Assembly (NCBI RefSeq): GCF_036321535.1 | Contig: NC_087436.1 | Coordinates: forward strand, 11,532,001 to 11,596,000 | Origin: Camelus dromedarius | Taxonomy: Eukaryota | Direction: 5' to 3' | Length of the DNA: 64,000 nt | Shown: in pieces, positions 48,671 to 62,020 of the stretch | Layout: each line of letters begins with the position of its first letter | Position numbering within the stretch: the stretch's first letter is position 1 | Notes under the pieces: model-generated | The model's database searches: none | Told to the model about the DNA's origin: nothing | What the model saw: only the letters and a program-made list of their open reading frames with translations | Translations under genes and position numbers: made by a program

Positions 48671-51600
48671 AGACTGACTATTGGATGTCTGGTTTGTTTC
48701 CTGGTGCTGCTCTGACAGCATTTTCAGTAAGTAGGTTTTCTTTAGTTTCTGGGAGAAAATATAGCCGGGATAATCCAGCAGGTCTGGGCATGCTGTTTCA
48801 GTTCGTTAATCCCATTGCAACAGGAGTTATTAGGGTGTAATTTGTGGTGGTTATTAAGTGACACCGAAAGAAAAGTAGGAAAAATAGTCTGGTTATTTTG
48901 AGACTGAGATCTTTAATGGTTTTTCTTTGAAAAGTCGGGAATGACTGGCTTTTCCTGGGCCTGTTGGAGTTACCTTTCCTCCCACTCCCGTGGGGCGGGT
49001 AGTCATGCCTTCCACTGATGTGTGACAGGCCCCTGTTGACCCAGGCCTGACTCACTGAGCTGCAGGGAAGGCCACACCTCTCTCTCCTTCCCCCAAGGTG
49101 AATGACCCGAGTTTTGGGACACACTCTTTGGCCTTGGGCCAGTTTTACTTTTTGAGCCTTTAAGTATAAAATGAGGGGGGTAGATGGAATGGAGTCCAAG
49201 GTTCACCGTAGCTGTGCCGATCTGTTAGCCCGGGAACCCTCTCCCTGCTTCCTACAGGTCACTGGTGCCCTGGTCTCCTCCTGGACTACTTAGCTTTATC
49301 CCTCATTCAGCTGTCCCATTTCGAGCGTGAGCTGTATGGCTGTGAACAGTGTGTTTTTGTGCTTTGCTTTCACGGTTTCAGTAGCTGGTGTGTAACCAGG
49401 CTAACAGTTGATGTTGATTTTCAGAACAAAGGATGACTTTGGGATAGCTGAGAGTGTTGGCTGCTAGGTGCTCAACGAGAATTGTTTTCATGGAGTCACC
49501 GACTGCTAGTGTTGTAAAAAATGAGCTCTCTTTGGGGATCATCAGAGCTTTTTTTTTTTTTTTTTTTTGGTTTTTAATGTCATTCCATTTCCTTTTACCC
49601 CTTATTGCCAATTTGAGTATTTCTTAAAAAAAAAAAAACCAAACCCTCTGAAGAGGCCTTCTTGTATAGCTGAAAATCCTTTATTATTTCCTGTCCTTGA
49701 GGCAACTTCCTGCTGCCAGAAATGGGTAGCTGAGAGTGGTTTCCTGCCTTCTGGGAAGGGAGAACTTCCTTGTTCTCTCCATTCTGCTCTTGGGCTGTCA
49801 CCTCTCATTGGTGGAATAACAGCCATACACTAGAGATTGCTTTTATGAACCTTTAGCTGATGAAAGTGAAATTTTAGGAGTAAAAATGACTTTTCTTCCA
49901 ACTATAGGTAGTGTAAGGTGTGGTTGTAAGAACAGGAGGGCAGGAATTTTGTAAGGCTTAAGTTACCAAATTAATATAGTTCATGGAAAAGGAGTGTGAC
50001 ATTTTCTTTCTTTAAACTAGTTTTTTGTTTCTTTTGAAAAGGAGGCCCAGATAATAGCTGTATATCCCAGCCTAGTATGAGCTTGAATAACTTGAAATAT
50101 CTCTTTTAAAAACCCTGCAGTCACTCACAAACAATGTATTCATCAAGTATTTGTAGTACCTGGTTCTCCTTTGAAATCAGCAAGCATGCCAGGAAGGCTG
50201 TGTGGGAGCCAGAGGCAGTGTCTGACTGGGCTCCCACCCTCCAAGTGACCTGATTGTGCAGGAGATGGACAGAGAAGAGGAGGAGTTGGTGGAAGACTGT
50301 GTGCAAAATGTAGGTGCTGAGAAAGATTCTCACAAGAGTAACTCACAGAGATAGTTTTAGGGGGGCTTGAGTGGTACAGTAGGATTCATAAAAGGACTGG
50401 AGAGGGAAGGTGGTTCCTGGCCTGGACAGTTGCACAAGCGAGGAACGGGGTAGACGTCCTCTGCAATGTGGACCAAGAGTTCATGCTGGGAGGCCTGTGT
50501 AGAAATAGTCAGGATTAGGCAGGTTTACACAGCATGCTGCATTGGGGTTTCATTCCATGGGCATTGGGAATCAGTGGGGACTTTTGAGAACAAGCATAAC
50601 ATTTTATGACTAATGATGTCGGAGAAACAGACAGGCGGTATAGTGAAAGGCGAGTCTAGTACACATCTCTGACGGGGATTAAGTTCTGTACACTTCTCAG
50701 GCGTGGCTTAGCAGGGCACTGACATTTTCAGAATCAAAACGATAGTCCTTTCTAGAGTGCTTGTTACACGCAGCACTCTGTATTGGGCCTGTGGGGCAGA
50801 GAGAGTGGCAAGTTGTACCCTGAACACATGTTTGATTGAGGACGTTACACTGTGAGCTTTTTGAGATGATCAGAAAAGGAGCTGTCTAATTTCACAATTT
50901 GACTTTAAAATAAATTAAAAAAAAAAACCCAAGTGACGAGAATATGGGGTAAGACTGGACTTGAGTTTTACAAATTTCATGAGTATTAGTGGGGGCCAAG
51001 CTATTATTTATCTAGAAGGAAGGTAATTTTGATCATTAAGTTACATTTAGGATTTGAAAGTTTTTAGGAAGCATAAATCACATGAAGCAATTTGAATGTT
51101 TGCCTATATATCACATGGAAGCCATAAATATTTAGTTGTTAGTTATAACAGCAGTTCTTACACTCCAGAAGGTAATTTAAACAAAAGAGCCTGAAGCTCC
51201 TTAAGGGAGTGCTTATTGTATTTTGCCCCCCAGGGCTTTCAGACATTGTGGGTCCATGCCACTACCAGGATTATACCTGTTGAGCATCCATGAAACCTTT
51301 TGAGTTGTGACTCTGGTTACTTGTGCTTTGTTGCTTTGATGGCAAGTGCATTAAACAACAAACTGAAGTGAGACTACCTGTCTCTTCATAGCTTTATATT
51401 GCTGTTTTTGAAAGAGATTTAGGAAATTACATAAGGTGTGAATTTTTTTTTATCACATATATGTGTGTGTGTATGTATGTATATAAATATAAAAACATAG
51501 ATACATAAAAATAAATGTTTTTTCCTATGGCAAAGCATTGTCAGTTTCTTTAGTTTTCATGTTGTACTAAAGTAGAATATAAAGCATTCCTTAAAGGACA

Positions 51601-53229
51601 GAACAGTGGGGAATAGCTCCCAAATCAAGCAAATGTGTTTATTTAAGAAATTTTAAGAGACAAAATTTTGAAGCTCACAGTCTAAATTTAACTGGTAATA
51701 TTCTATAGTGTATCTTAAGCACTTGTGATAGATTTCTTATCAAGGGGTGTTTATTGAGCTCGGATAGAATCATTAAACATCTCAAGGATGTGAAGAGTGG
51801 ATGGTAGGGAACGAGCTTGCTTCAGTGTCTTCTGTTGCCCTGCATTGCTAAGTGCCCACCACGTGGGGGACGCCGAGCCACTTCAGGGTTTGGCTTCAGC
51901 ATCCCCTCTTGAGTCAGAAATGGAAGATCTTACCTGGGTTTTTTTTTTTTTTTCCCAATTATTGTAACTAGGAGTAATTGCCTCATTTTATTTCACCAAG
52001 TTTAAAAAAGAAAAACCTTTAATGAGAAAGTTTTCTTTATGCATATTCTGCATTTTTTACGTGTAGTCAAGCTTTTCTCACGCATGTTCAGAAACTCACT
52101 TCTGCCTTACTGTCCCCCTCGGACATCCCTTTACTTCCTCATCTCTCCACTCACTCTCCCCACATCTGTTTCCTGTCGCTGATCTCTTCTTTCGCTTTAT
52201 TTCTAATTATTCTTTTCATCTCCTCTCAACTGTGACCAAGTGTCCTTACAAGTCCTCAAATCTGGAGTTGTCGTCACCTTCCCTTCTTGACAAATACTCA
52301 CTAATGGGCCTCCACCCACATCTTCTTGTGGCTGTTCTGTCACTTTTCACTGTCATTCTGCTCTCTTGCTTCTATCTGAAAAGGATGATGAATTCTCTAT
52401 ATTCTGGGACTCTTTTCTAGTTTAAGGCAGTTTCTAAATCACTGACTGTATTAGGTATTCCTCTGAGCCTCCAGGTTCCAAGTTGACTGTCACCCTTTCC
52501 TGCTTCCTGTTGGAAAGTCTCAGCAGCTGCAGCTCTGTTGAAGGGGCTGTGCTGTGCTGCAGGACTCTTACTGTGGTGGTGGATCTTAAGCCCAACAGCT
52601 AAGCTTTCCTGTGCCTAACTGCCACAGAAGTTCAAACCATCACCGTTTTAAGAAGAAAAAGAAGAAAGGTGGTGGTGACCCATGTTATGTGTTGCTCTTC
52701 AAGATGATTGACATTTTAGCTGGGTTGTATCTTCCTTGTCTGTTAAAGGACATTATCAGTTATAGGAAGTTTGGTTAAATGATGGATTTAAGTCAGCAAT
52801 CAGGAAGCCTTTCACAGTTAAGACATTGTCCCTGCCCCACCTCTCTTCATGCTGAGCAGCCAGCGCCCAATGATGCAGCTGAGCAGCCTGGCTCCCCCTG
52901 TGTCCTCACCAGGTTTTAACTTCTGGGCTTCTGACCTCTTGCCTAACTTCTTTTGATGTCTTGCTCTTGTTCCTGTGTCCTAATCCCTGATGCTTTTCCC
53001 AATATGCCTTTGAGCACATTCCTTGGCTGTGGCTTGTGTTTGCCCTGGGGACTCTGGTGAAAGCTTGTCTCACTCGGCCTGGCACCTCGGGAAGAAAGGG
53101 GACAGATGCCATGTAACCTTGCCACCCCCCCCCCCAACTTCCAGTAGCAAAGTCTTGTTTCATGAAACTACCAACTAATTTTGATATCTCAGAGCCTGAT
53201 GGTACATTTTACTCTAAGAAGATGTAATA

Positions 53230-54040
53230 AAGTAGCACCCCCTCATCCAAGGTTTCAGTTACTGTGGTCGACCATAGTCTGAAAATACTAAGTGGAAAAA
53301 TTCCAGAAATAAACAATTCATAAATTTTAAATTGAGCACCATTCTGAGTAATGATGAAATCTCACTGTCCTGCTCCGTCTTGCTCGAGATGTGAATCATC
53401 CTTTCTTGTCCAGTGGGTCCCAGTGACAGTCACTCGGTAGCCCCCTCAGTCATCGGGTCGACTGTTGCAGTATCATAGTGCTTGTATTCAAGCAACCCTT
53501 ATTTGACTTCATAATGGCCCCAAAGTGCAAGAAAAGTGATGCTGGCAATTAAGATATGCCAGAGAGAAGCTGCAACGTGCTTCCTTTAAGTAAAAAGTGT
53601 GAATGTTCCCAACTTAATAAGAAAAAAAATCATATGCTGAGGTTGCTAAGATCTACAGTAAGAACAAATCTTCTATCTGTGAAATTGTGAAGAAAGGAAA
53701 CGAAATTTCGTGCTAGTGTTGATGTCACACCTCAAACTGCAGAAGTTACAGCCACAGAGCATGATAATTGCTTAGTTAAGATGGAAAAAGCATTATACAG
53801 TAAGTTATTTTGAGAGAGACCATATTTACATAACTTATTACAGAATAGTTATAATTGTTATGTTTTATTATTAGTTACTGTTGTTAATCTCTTACTGTGC
53901 TTAATGTGTAAATTAATCTTTATTATGTGTATCTGCGTATAGGAAAAAACATGGTTTATATAGGATTTGGAATCATCTGCACTCTCAGGGATCCACTGGA
54001 GATCTTGGAGTATGTCCCCCGTGGATAAGGGAGGCTACTA
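53230..54040. mobile_element. MER44/Tigger7-type TcMar DNA transposon
   Basis: Terminal inverted repeats AGTAGCACCCCCTCATCC / GGATAAGGGAGGCTACT, TA flanks, internal GTGGAAAAATTCCAGAAATAAACAATTCATAAATTTTAAATTG. Confidence 0.85.
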
Positions 54041-55809
54041 TACATACAGCAGTGATAGGGTGTTCTAGTCTTAGGAATTCATTCATTTGATATCAGAAAA
54101 CCAAAAGCTGTCTTGGTATGTTTAGGCTGATTCATTTTCAAGGCAGTTTTTGCCCTGAGAAAGACCAATTTTCATGTTTCATTTAGGAGCTGAGTGCTTA
54201 CCTTTTTTCTGAGCCGTTTGAGTTTTACGTAAGGCCTGTGTAACTCCTGGTTTTTTTTTTTTTCCCAGACTTGAGCTTAGAAGCAGTTTCCTTTCCAAAG
54301 CTTTCCTATATGTCTGGGTTTGGCCTGTCTTCCGTGTACCCAGACACCGCACCCTTGCCCTGATAGTTATCTTTTCATTTTGTAATTACTTGTCAGCTTG
54401 TCTCCCCAGCTCCACCATACACTCCTTGCTGTTACCTTGTTTGTTGTGGTCAGCTGACATAGTCCTTGGTGCCCAGGACTTTATAAACAGTTAAATATTT
54501 GATGAATGAGTGAATAAATGCAGATTTTGCTAAACACCCACTTTGTTTTATTACTCTGAAAACCTTTTCCTTCTACAGTAATTCCATCGTTAGATTTCAC
54601 ATAATAGGAACATAAACTCACCATGCAGACTTTGGGTATGGGCTACTAAAACAAATTTCTGTTATTTTTATCACCGGATTTTATTTGTAGCCCTCTTCTC
54701 CTTACCCAGAGTCTCTCAAATTCTTATAAGCATGTACACTTGGAAGGGAGAGGTAAGGGCCAAACTCGGCAAACACACACTGGCTGAAAGATAAGAAGGT
54801 TGATCAGATCTCTCCTGTCTGTGAGTGCTGTTTTAAAATATGTTATTGCTGGAGAGAAAAAGAAAAAAAATTGGGCACTAATACTCAGTATATCCTTGTT
54901 CTGTAGCGTGGCCTCAGACTCCATGTGACTTAACCTAGGGCGTGGCTGTGTACTGGTTTGGCAGTGTTTTTACTTTCTTCGTAACTAACATCGGTTAATA
55001 AACCAGTAAGGCCAAAAGAATTCTGTGACAGCCAGCAGGTGTTCTGCTAGGAGGTTTGGATCAATGAGTAATTGTAATTGAAGCTGAATGTAATTAATTA
55101 TGTGATTTTTGAGCTGTTCAAGTATAAATTCCACATAAGTTCCATCTGGAAACTAGAGCACTAGGAAGGGTTCACTGACAAAAGGAGAACAAATGTAAAG
55201 ATGCGCTCGGCTTATGTCTGAGTTGTGTCCAGACGCCCTGGTCACCATGGGCAGCCTGGCTGGCCCTGCTGACCCCGAGCGCCCCGCTCTCCTTCTCCCG
55301 CACGCTTCGTGCTCCACCCTCCCCGTTGTGTCTGCTGCGTCAGGTCTCTGCCCAGCCCCACGTGCTGTTCTCTCTGTGGGTTCTCTTGCTCCTTCTCCAT
55401 CCAGCTAACGCTTACTTGTGTTTAGAACTCAGTGGCTGGGTCAGGTCACTAGCTGCAGGAAGCCCTTTCTGACCCCCAGTCTGCCTCAGGTGTCCCCTGT
55501 CCCCCCTGGCATCTTCACTCTGGCGCTTTCCACTTTGTCCTGTAATCTCTGCATTGTCAGTCCTTTGTGCTAGTCTCCTTAAGGGCACAGGTGATCTTGC
55601 AGTGCTTTGTTGAACTTGATTTTTCTAGCTATCCTTGTAGAGGTAGTTCTAAAAACCCACTAACACTGGGCCTTTTATAAGCTATATATAGAACTTAAAA
55701 ATAGAATTTCTAGTATACAGCATGTCAGATAATAAGTTGATGTGGTTTATAATTTATACTTTCTATTCCCTGTTTTATTTAAGCTTTAACAAAGCCTTAA
55801 AACCATGCA

Positions 55810-56020
55810 GCTTTAGGTGGTTTGTGTAGTGTAAGAGGCCCTGGAGCCAGACTCCAGGGATTTGAATCCTGGCATTGCCACTAGTGGTGACTTCAGCCTG
55901 CTCATTCATCTTTACTTTAGTTTCGCCAGCTCTAAGTTTTAAGGGTAAAAATCACAAAAACATGTACCTCCTAAGGTTATGGTAGGGTCTAGGTGGAATA
56001 AGACACCAGGGAGCGCTCCT
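55810..56020 (+). mobile_element. MIR
   Basis: CTGGAGCCAGACTCCAGGGATTTGAATCCTGGC...CCACTAG...TACCTCCTAAGGTT. Confidence 0.7.
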
Positions 56021-57464
56021 GCATAACATCTTCCTGAAAACACCACCACCTGCCCCCTGGTTACTTGTGAACCTGTGGAATCCATTGAATTGCAGAGCGG
56101 TTTTAGATGCTCAGAGCACACGGTGGACTTTGCCAGTTTTCCGCACCGGTCTGGAGGAATGACAGCTGAGTGGCGTGCCACCTGTTAGGAGTCTAACACG
56201 CGACGTGCCTGATGTCTCCCACAGCACCGTGACCTATGCTTCAGCCTACAGGGCACAGCGTGCGCATCACCCGCGGGGCCCCAGGATGCACGCCTCACCA
56301 GGGCTGTGCTGGCCCCTTTTCTTACAGCTTCTCCTAGACTGAAGGGAAGGTGTGTGCTGATAGAATCTCCAGGAGTTTTGTGTGAGCTCTGCAGGAACAA
56401 GTCTGTAAGCATCGTGGGAAAGTGGAACACTCAAGAACTGGGTTAAGCCCCGGTGAAAATGTTGCTTATAAGCTACTAGAAATTACAGAAGCCTGCAGCC
56501 ACCCTCGTGGGAATAAGGCAGAATAGTGGAGGAGGAGTACTGCGTGACCTGTGACACTATACACTTAAATTCAGTGTGCAGATATTTGAGGTGCGGAAAG
56601 GACTTTGGGTTCATCACATCTTTTTCAGTCATTAATGACATGATTACCAGTAAGGTTGGTGTTAAAGTGGAGCCCTCTTCCTCGTTCTGGAATTAACCTC
56701 AGCAACCTTTTCTCAAAAGCCAAAAGGATACTCTGACATTCTTATTTAGCTGGAAAGTCTCATCTGACCTCTGTAACATGGGAAAGGTGTTCACTGCATG
56801 TCTTTCAATGAATTAAAATGGACATTTTAGAACTAGAGGTGTGATTATGTTTGCTGAGTAATTGTTTTAAGGTAACAAAATGCTTTTTAATTTTATATAT
56901 GGTAATATTTTCTGGTTCTGAGTGATATTTTGCACTGGGAAAACCTTCTGATTAAGTTAAACTTCAAATGCTCAAATGCCTTTTAAGCAGCAGGTGAATG
57001 TAATTTTACCTTTGCTTCATGACCCAGGTCATTTTACATACGTGCATATTTTTGATACTTCGACAGAATTTATTTTCTATATGATTTATCTTGTCTTCGT
57101 CTTAGTGTCACACTGCCATCTGCCACTTCTGCTAATGTTTTTAATGCAAACAACCTTCCCTTTTACACTCCACTGATGGTTCGCTGCCAGTAATTTTCAT
57201 TAGGTTGAGGAATCAGAAATCAAGTTGGGAAAAATTTCTCTGTTAAACAAAGGCAAGACTGAGTGAGGGCCAAGGCATGTGGGTCTGTGTCACAGCAGTC
57301 TTCTGTGTGCTGCATGTTTGGGAATCCTGTTCTTAAGGATGGCAGTTTTTTAAAGTTAGTCTCAACTTCAGAAAATTGGGCTTTTACAGAAAAATTGTTA
57401 TGTAGGATGTTATACAGTTACTATTGTTATCATTAAAACTTTTCCTCTCTCTCTTTTGTAACAG

Positions 57465-57571
57465 TCAGAATTTGTTGTGTGATGTCACGATTGTGGCTGA
57501 AGACATGGAAATCTCTGCTCACAGAGTGGTGCTGGCCGCCTGTAGTCCTTACTTTCACGCCATGTTTACAG
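57465..57571 (+). CDS. KLHL2: KLHL2 coding exon 3 (107 nt), start of BTB/POZ domain: [36 protein letters not shown](G)
   Basis: Polypyrimidine tract and TAACAG| acceptor, ACAG|GTATGA donor. Classic BTB motif CDV...[15 protein letters not shown]. Confidence 0.98.
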
Positions 57572-58084
57572 GTATGAAATGTTTTAGTTATGGATGTTTT
57601 CAAAATGTATGTAGATCTGGGCTTTTCTTTCCACACTTTTTACTGATATTTTACTTTTATGAAATTAAGCATTGTAATAGAAGAAAATGCTCTTGCTTTG
57701 TTTCAGATTACTCATCTTTGTTTTCGTTGTAATCATGTTGTACGTATGTGTCCATTACTTACAAATACAATTTTATGCTCAGTTTCCCCCCTTTATATTT
57801 ATATTTACATATATTGGCTAAATTTACCTTCTTGCCATTTTATAATAGCTTTTGGCAGTTTCTTATTTTGGCGAAAGAAAATTGCTTTTACTATTTTACA
57901 TTTTTTCAAATTATTTTTACATTTACCTCATCCAGTGTTTATAGTGAACAGAGAGATGTTCTGATTCAGAAATATAAGAAAATAGGGTAGATACTTAGCC
58001 AACTATAAAAATACATAGACTGATTTTAATATTTCTGGAAAAAAATTACTTTGACCTGTCACACTGAACGTCTTTAAATTCATT

Positions 58085-58570
58085 TTTCCCTTTTTTATTG
58101 AAATATAATTGATGTACAATATTATGTTTCAGGAGCACTGTATAATGATTTGATATTTGCATACTTCATGAAATAACCACCATGATAAGTCCATTAACCA
58201 CCTGATCCCGTACAAGGTTACTCTAGTATTACTGACCACATTCCTCATACTAAGTATTACATCCCCACGGCTTCTTTATTTTATAGCTGGAGGTTTGTAC
58301 CGCTTAATTATTTAACTCATTCATCCACCCTCAGCTATACTCCTCTCTGTCAACCACCTGTTTGTTCTCTGTATCTGTTGAGTCTGTTTTCATTTTGTTT
58401 TCTTTATTTTTTGGATTTCACGCATGAGATTATGTGATATTTGTATTCTCTGACTTATTTCACTTAGCGTGATTCCCTCTAGATCCATCCATGTTGTTGC
58501 ACATGACAAGATTTCATTCTTTTTTATGCATAGTAATAGTCCTTTTATATATATTTATAAAAACATCTTT
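58085..58570 (-). mobile_element. Older L1 3' end (piece A of the composite)
   Basis: Poly(T), then TTTATTGAAATATAATTGATGTACAAT... to ATCCATGTTGTTGCACATGACAAGATTTCATTC. Confidence 0.8.
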
Positions 58571-58978
58571 TTTCTTTTTTATTGAAATATAGTTGATTTA
58601 CAATGTGTTAGTTTCAGATGCGCAGTAATGATTCAGTTATACATATCTATATAAGTATATATATATTTTTCAGATTCTTTTCCATTATAGGTTATTACAA
58701 GATGCTAAATAAAGTTCCCTGTGCTATACAGTAGGTCTTTGTTGTTTATATATTTTATATGTAGTAGTGTGTATATGTTAATCCCAAACTCCTAATTTAT
58801 CCCTCCTCCTCTTTTCGTTTAGTAACCATTAGTCTATTTTCTATGTCTGTGAGTCTTTTTTGGTTTGTAAATGTTCGTTTGTATCCTTTTTTTAGATTCC
58901 ACACATAGTGATATCATATATTTGTCTTTCTCTGTGTGACTTATTTCACTTAGCATGATAATCTCTAGGTCCATCCAT
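58571..58978 (-). mobile_element. Younger L1 3' end (piece B), stops abruptly at GGTCCATCCAT
   Basis: Poly(T), L1 3' UTR and ORF2 terminus. Confidence 0.85.
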
Positions 58979-60220
58979 TTACACTTTCATCAAAAGGGTA
59001 AAATATCTAGGAATAAATCTAACCAAAGAGGTAAAAGACCTGTACTCTGTAAGACACTGATGAAAGAAATTAAATATGACAGAAACAAATGGAAAAATAC
59101 ATTGCCCTCATGGATTGAATACTGTTAAAATGACCATTAACCCTAAGGCACAATCTACAGATTCAATGCAGTCCTTATAAAAATACCTGTGATATTTTTC
59201 ACAGAACTAGAATAATTCTAAAATTTGTATGAAAACACAAAAAACCCCAAAGAGCCAAGGCAATCTTGAGAAAGGGGAGAAATCTGGGGGACTCGTGCCC
59301 CCTGGTTTCAAATTATACTAGAAAGTACAGTAATCAAAATAGTACAGTACTGACACAAAAACAGAGAGATCAGTGTAACAAAATAGACAGCCCAGAAATA
59401 AATCCAAACTTATATGGGCAGTTAATCTCCAGCAAAGGAGGCAAGACTATACAAGGGGAATAGACTGTCTCTTCAATAAACGATGCTGGGAAAAGTGGAC
59501 AGTTACAAGCAAACGAATCAAATTGGACTACTTTCAAACACCACACAGAAAAATAAACTCAAAATGGATTAAAGACTTAAATGTAAGACCTGAAACCATA
59601 AAACTCCTAGAAGAAAATATAGGCCACATATTCTTTGACATCGGTCTTAGCAATACTTTTTGCCTCTTTCACCTGAGGCAACAAAAGCAAAAATTAACAA
59701 ATGGGATTACATCAAACTAAAAAGATTTTGCATAGAGAAAGAAACTATCAACAGAGACAGCTTACCAAATTTTAGAAGATTTTTTGCTAGTGAAATAGCC
59801 AATAAAGGATAATATCCAAAATATGCAAAATATACAAAGAACTCATACAACTCAATATCAAAAAGAAAAACCATTAAAATATGGGCAGAAAACTTGTACA
59901 GAGATTTTTCCAAAGAAGGCATACAAATAGCCAACAGACACATGAAAAGATAGCATCACTAGTCATCACGGAAATGCAAATCAAAACCACTATGAGATAC
60001 TTCTTGAATAGCTATTTTCAAGAAGACAACAAATAACAAGAATTGGTGAGAAGGTAAAGAAAAGGGAACCCTTGTGCACTGTTAATGGGATTGTAACCTG
60101 GTACAGCCAGTATGGCAAATGGTATAGAAGTTTATATAAAAATTAAAAATAGAACTACCATATGATCCAGCAATTCTACTTCTGGGAAAATGAAAGCAGG
60201 AATTGGAAAGATTTGTTATA
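58979..60220 (+). mobile_element. L1 ORF2 segment (piece P1, more diverged)
   Basis: ORF fragments such as [29 protein letters not shown]. Confidence 0.85.
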
Positions 60221-62020
60221 CTAAAGACACTAGAGAAAACTACTAGAGCACATCAGTGAATTAAGTAAAATTGCAGGATACAAAAATCAATATACGGAAA
60301 TCTGTTGTATTTCTACATACTAGCAATGAAATACCAAAAAAAGAAACAAAGGAAACAGTCCCATTTACCATCACATCAAAAAGAATAAAATACCTAGGAA
60401 TAAACCTAACATGGGAGGCTAAAGACCTGTACTGGGAAAAGACACTAAAGGAAGAAACTGAAGACAACACAAACAGATGGAAAGATATACCTACTGTGTT
60501 GGAAGAATCAGTACTGTTACAATGACCATACACCCAAGACAATTTACAGAGTCAGTGCAACCCCTATCAAATTACCAGTGGCATTTTTCGAAGAACTGGA
60601 ACACAAAATTTTAATATTTGTATACAAACACAAAGGAGCCAGAATGTTTTAATCCTGAGAAAGAAGAACAGAGCTGAAGGACTCACACTCCCAGACTTGA
60701 GACTATACTACAAAGCTACAGTAATCAAAACAGTATAGTACTGGCACAAAAACAGACACATAAATCTGTGACCAGGACAGAAAGCCCAGAAATAAACCTT
60801 ATGCTCAATTAATCTACAACAAAGGAGACAAGAATATATAATGGCAAAAAGACAGTCTCTTCAGTAAGTGGTGCTGGGAAAACTGGACAGCTACATGTAA
60901 AAGAATGAAATTAGAACATTCTCTAACACCATATACAAAAATAAACTCAAAATGAATTAAAGACCTAAATGTAAGACTGGATACTATAAAACTCCTAGAG
61001 GAAAATATAGGCAGAACACTCTTTGATATAAATCACAGCAATATTTTTTTTTTGATCCATCTACTAGAGTATTGGAAATAAAAGCAAAAATGAGCAAATT
61101 GGGGTGAGTGGGGAGGGTATAGCTCGAGTGGTAGAGCGCACGCTTGGCACGCACAAAGTCCTGTGTTCAATCCCCAGTACCTCCACTGAAAAAAAAAATT
61201 TTTTTAATTTGTACTAGTTAGAGCATCATTAGATCCAGAGAAACTTCCAAATATCAATGTCCAATGAAATAAAAGTTCCATTTAAAAAAAAAAAAAAAAG
61301 AACAAATGGGACATAATTAAACTTAAAAGCTTCTAAAAAGCAAAGGAAACCATAAAGTGAAAAGACCACCTATGGAATGGGAGAACATATTAGCAAACAA
61401 CTGACAAGGGATTAATTTCCAAAATATACAAACAACTCATACAGCTTAATCAAACAAACAAACAAACAAAAATCACAAACAACCCAATCAAAAAATGGGC
61501 AGAAGACCTAAATAGACATTTTTTCAAAGGAGCCATACAGGTGGCCAACAGGCACAAGAAAAGATGCTCAATATCACTAATTATTAGAGAAATGCAAATC
61601 AAAACTGCAGTAAGGTATCACCTCACACCAGTCAGAAATGGCCATCATTCAAAAGTCTACAAATAACAAAGAGTGAAGAGGGTATGGAGAAGAGGGAACC
61701 CTCCTACACTGTTGGTGGGAATGTAAATTGGTGAAGCATCTGTAGAAAACAGTATGGAGGTTCCTTAAAAAACTAAAAATAGATTTATCATATGATCCAG
61801 CAGTCCCACTCCTGGGCATATATCTGGAGAAAACTAATTCAAAAAGGTATATGCACCCCAAGATCATACAGCACTATTTACAATAGCCAAGACGTAGAAG
61901 CAACCTAAATGTCCATCAACAGATGAATTAATAAAGAAGGTGTGATATGTATATACAATGGAATACTGCTCAGCCATAAAAAAGAATGAAATAATGCCAT
62001 TCGCAGCGACGTGGATGACC
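60221..62020 (+). mobile_element. L1 ORF2 segment (piece P2), no 3' UTR or poly(A)
   Basis: ORF fragment KINIRKSVVFLHTSNE...VPFTITSKRIKYLGINLT. Ends at GCAGCGACGTGGATGACC. Confidence 0.85.
61104..61299 (+). mobile_element. tRNA-derived SINE (Vic-1-like) + ~85-bp unique tail + second poly(A)
   Basis: SINE body 61110-61188, A-run, unique sequence, AATAAA at 61268-61273, A16 at 61284-61299. Degenerate duplicated L1 target on both sides. Confidence 0.8.
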
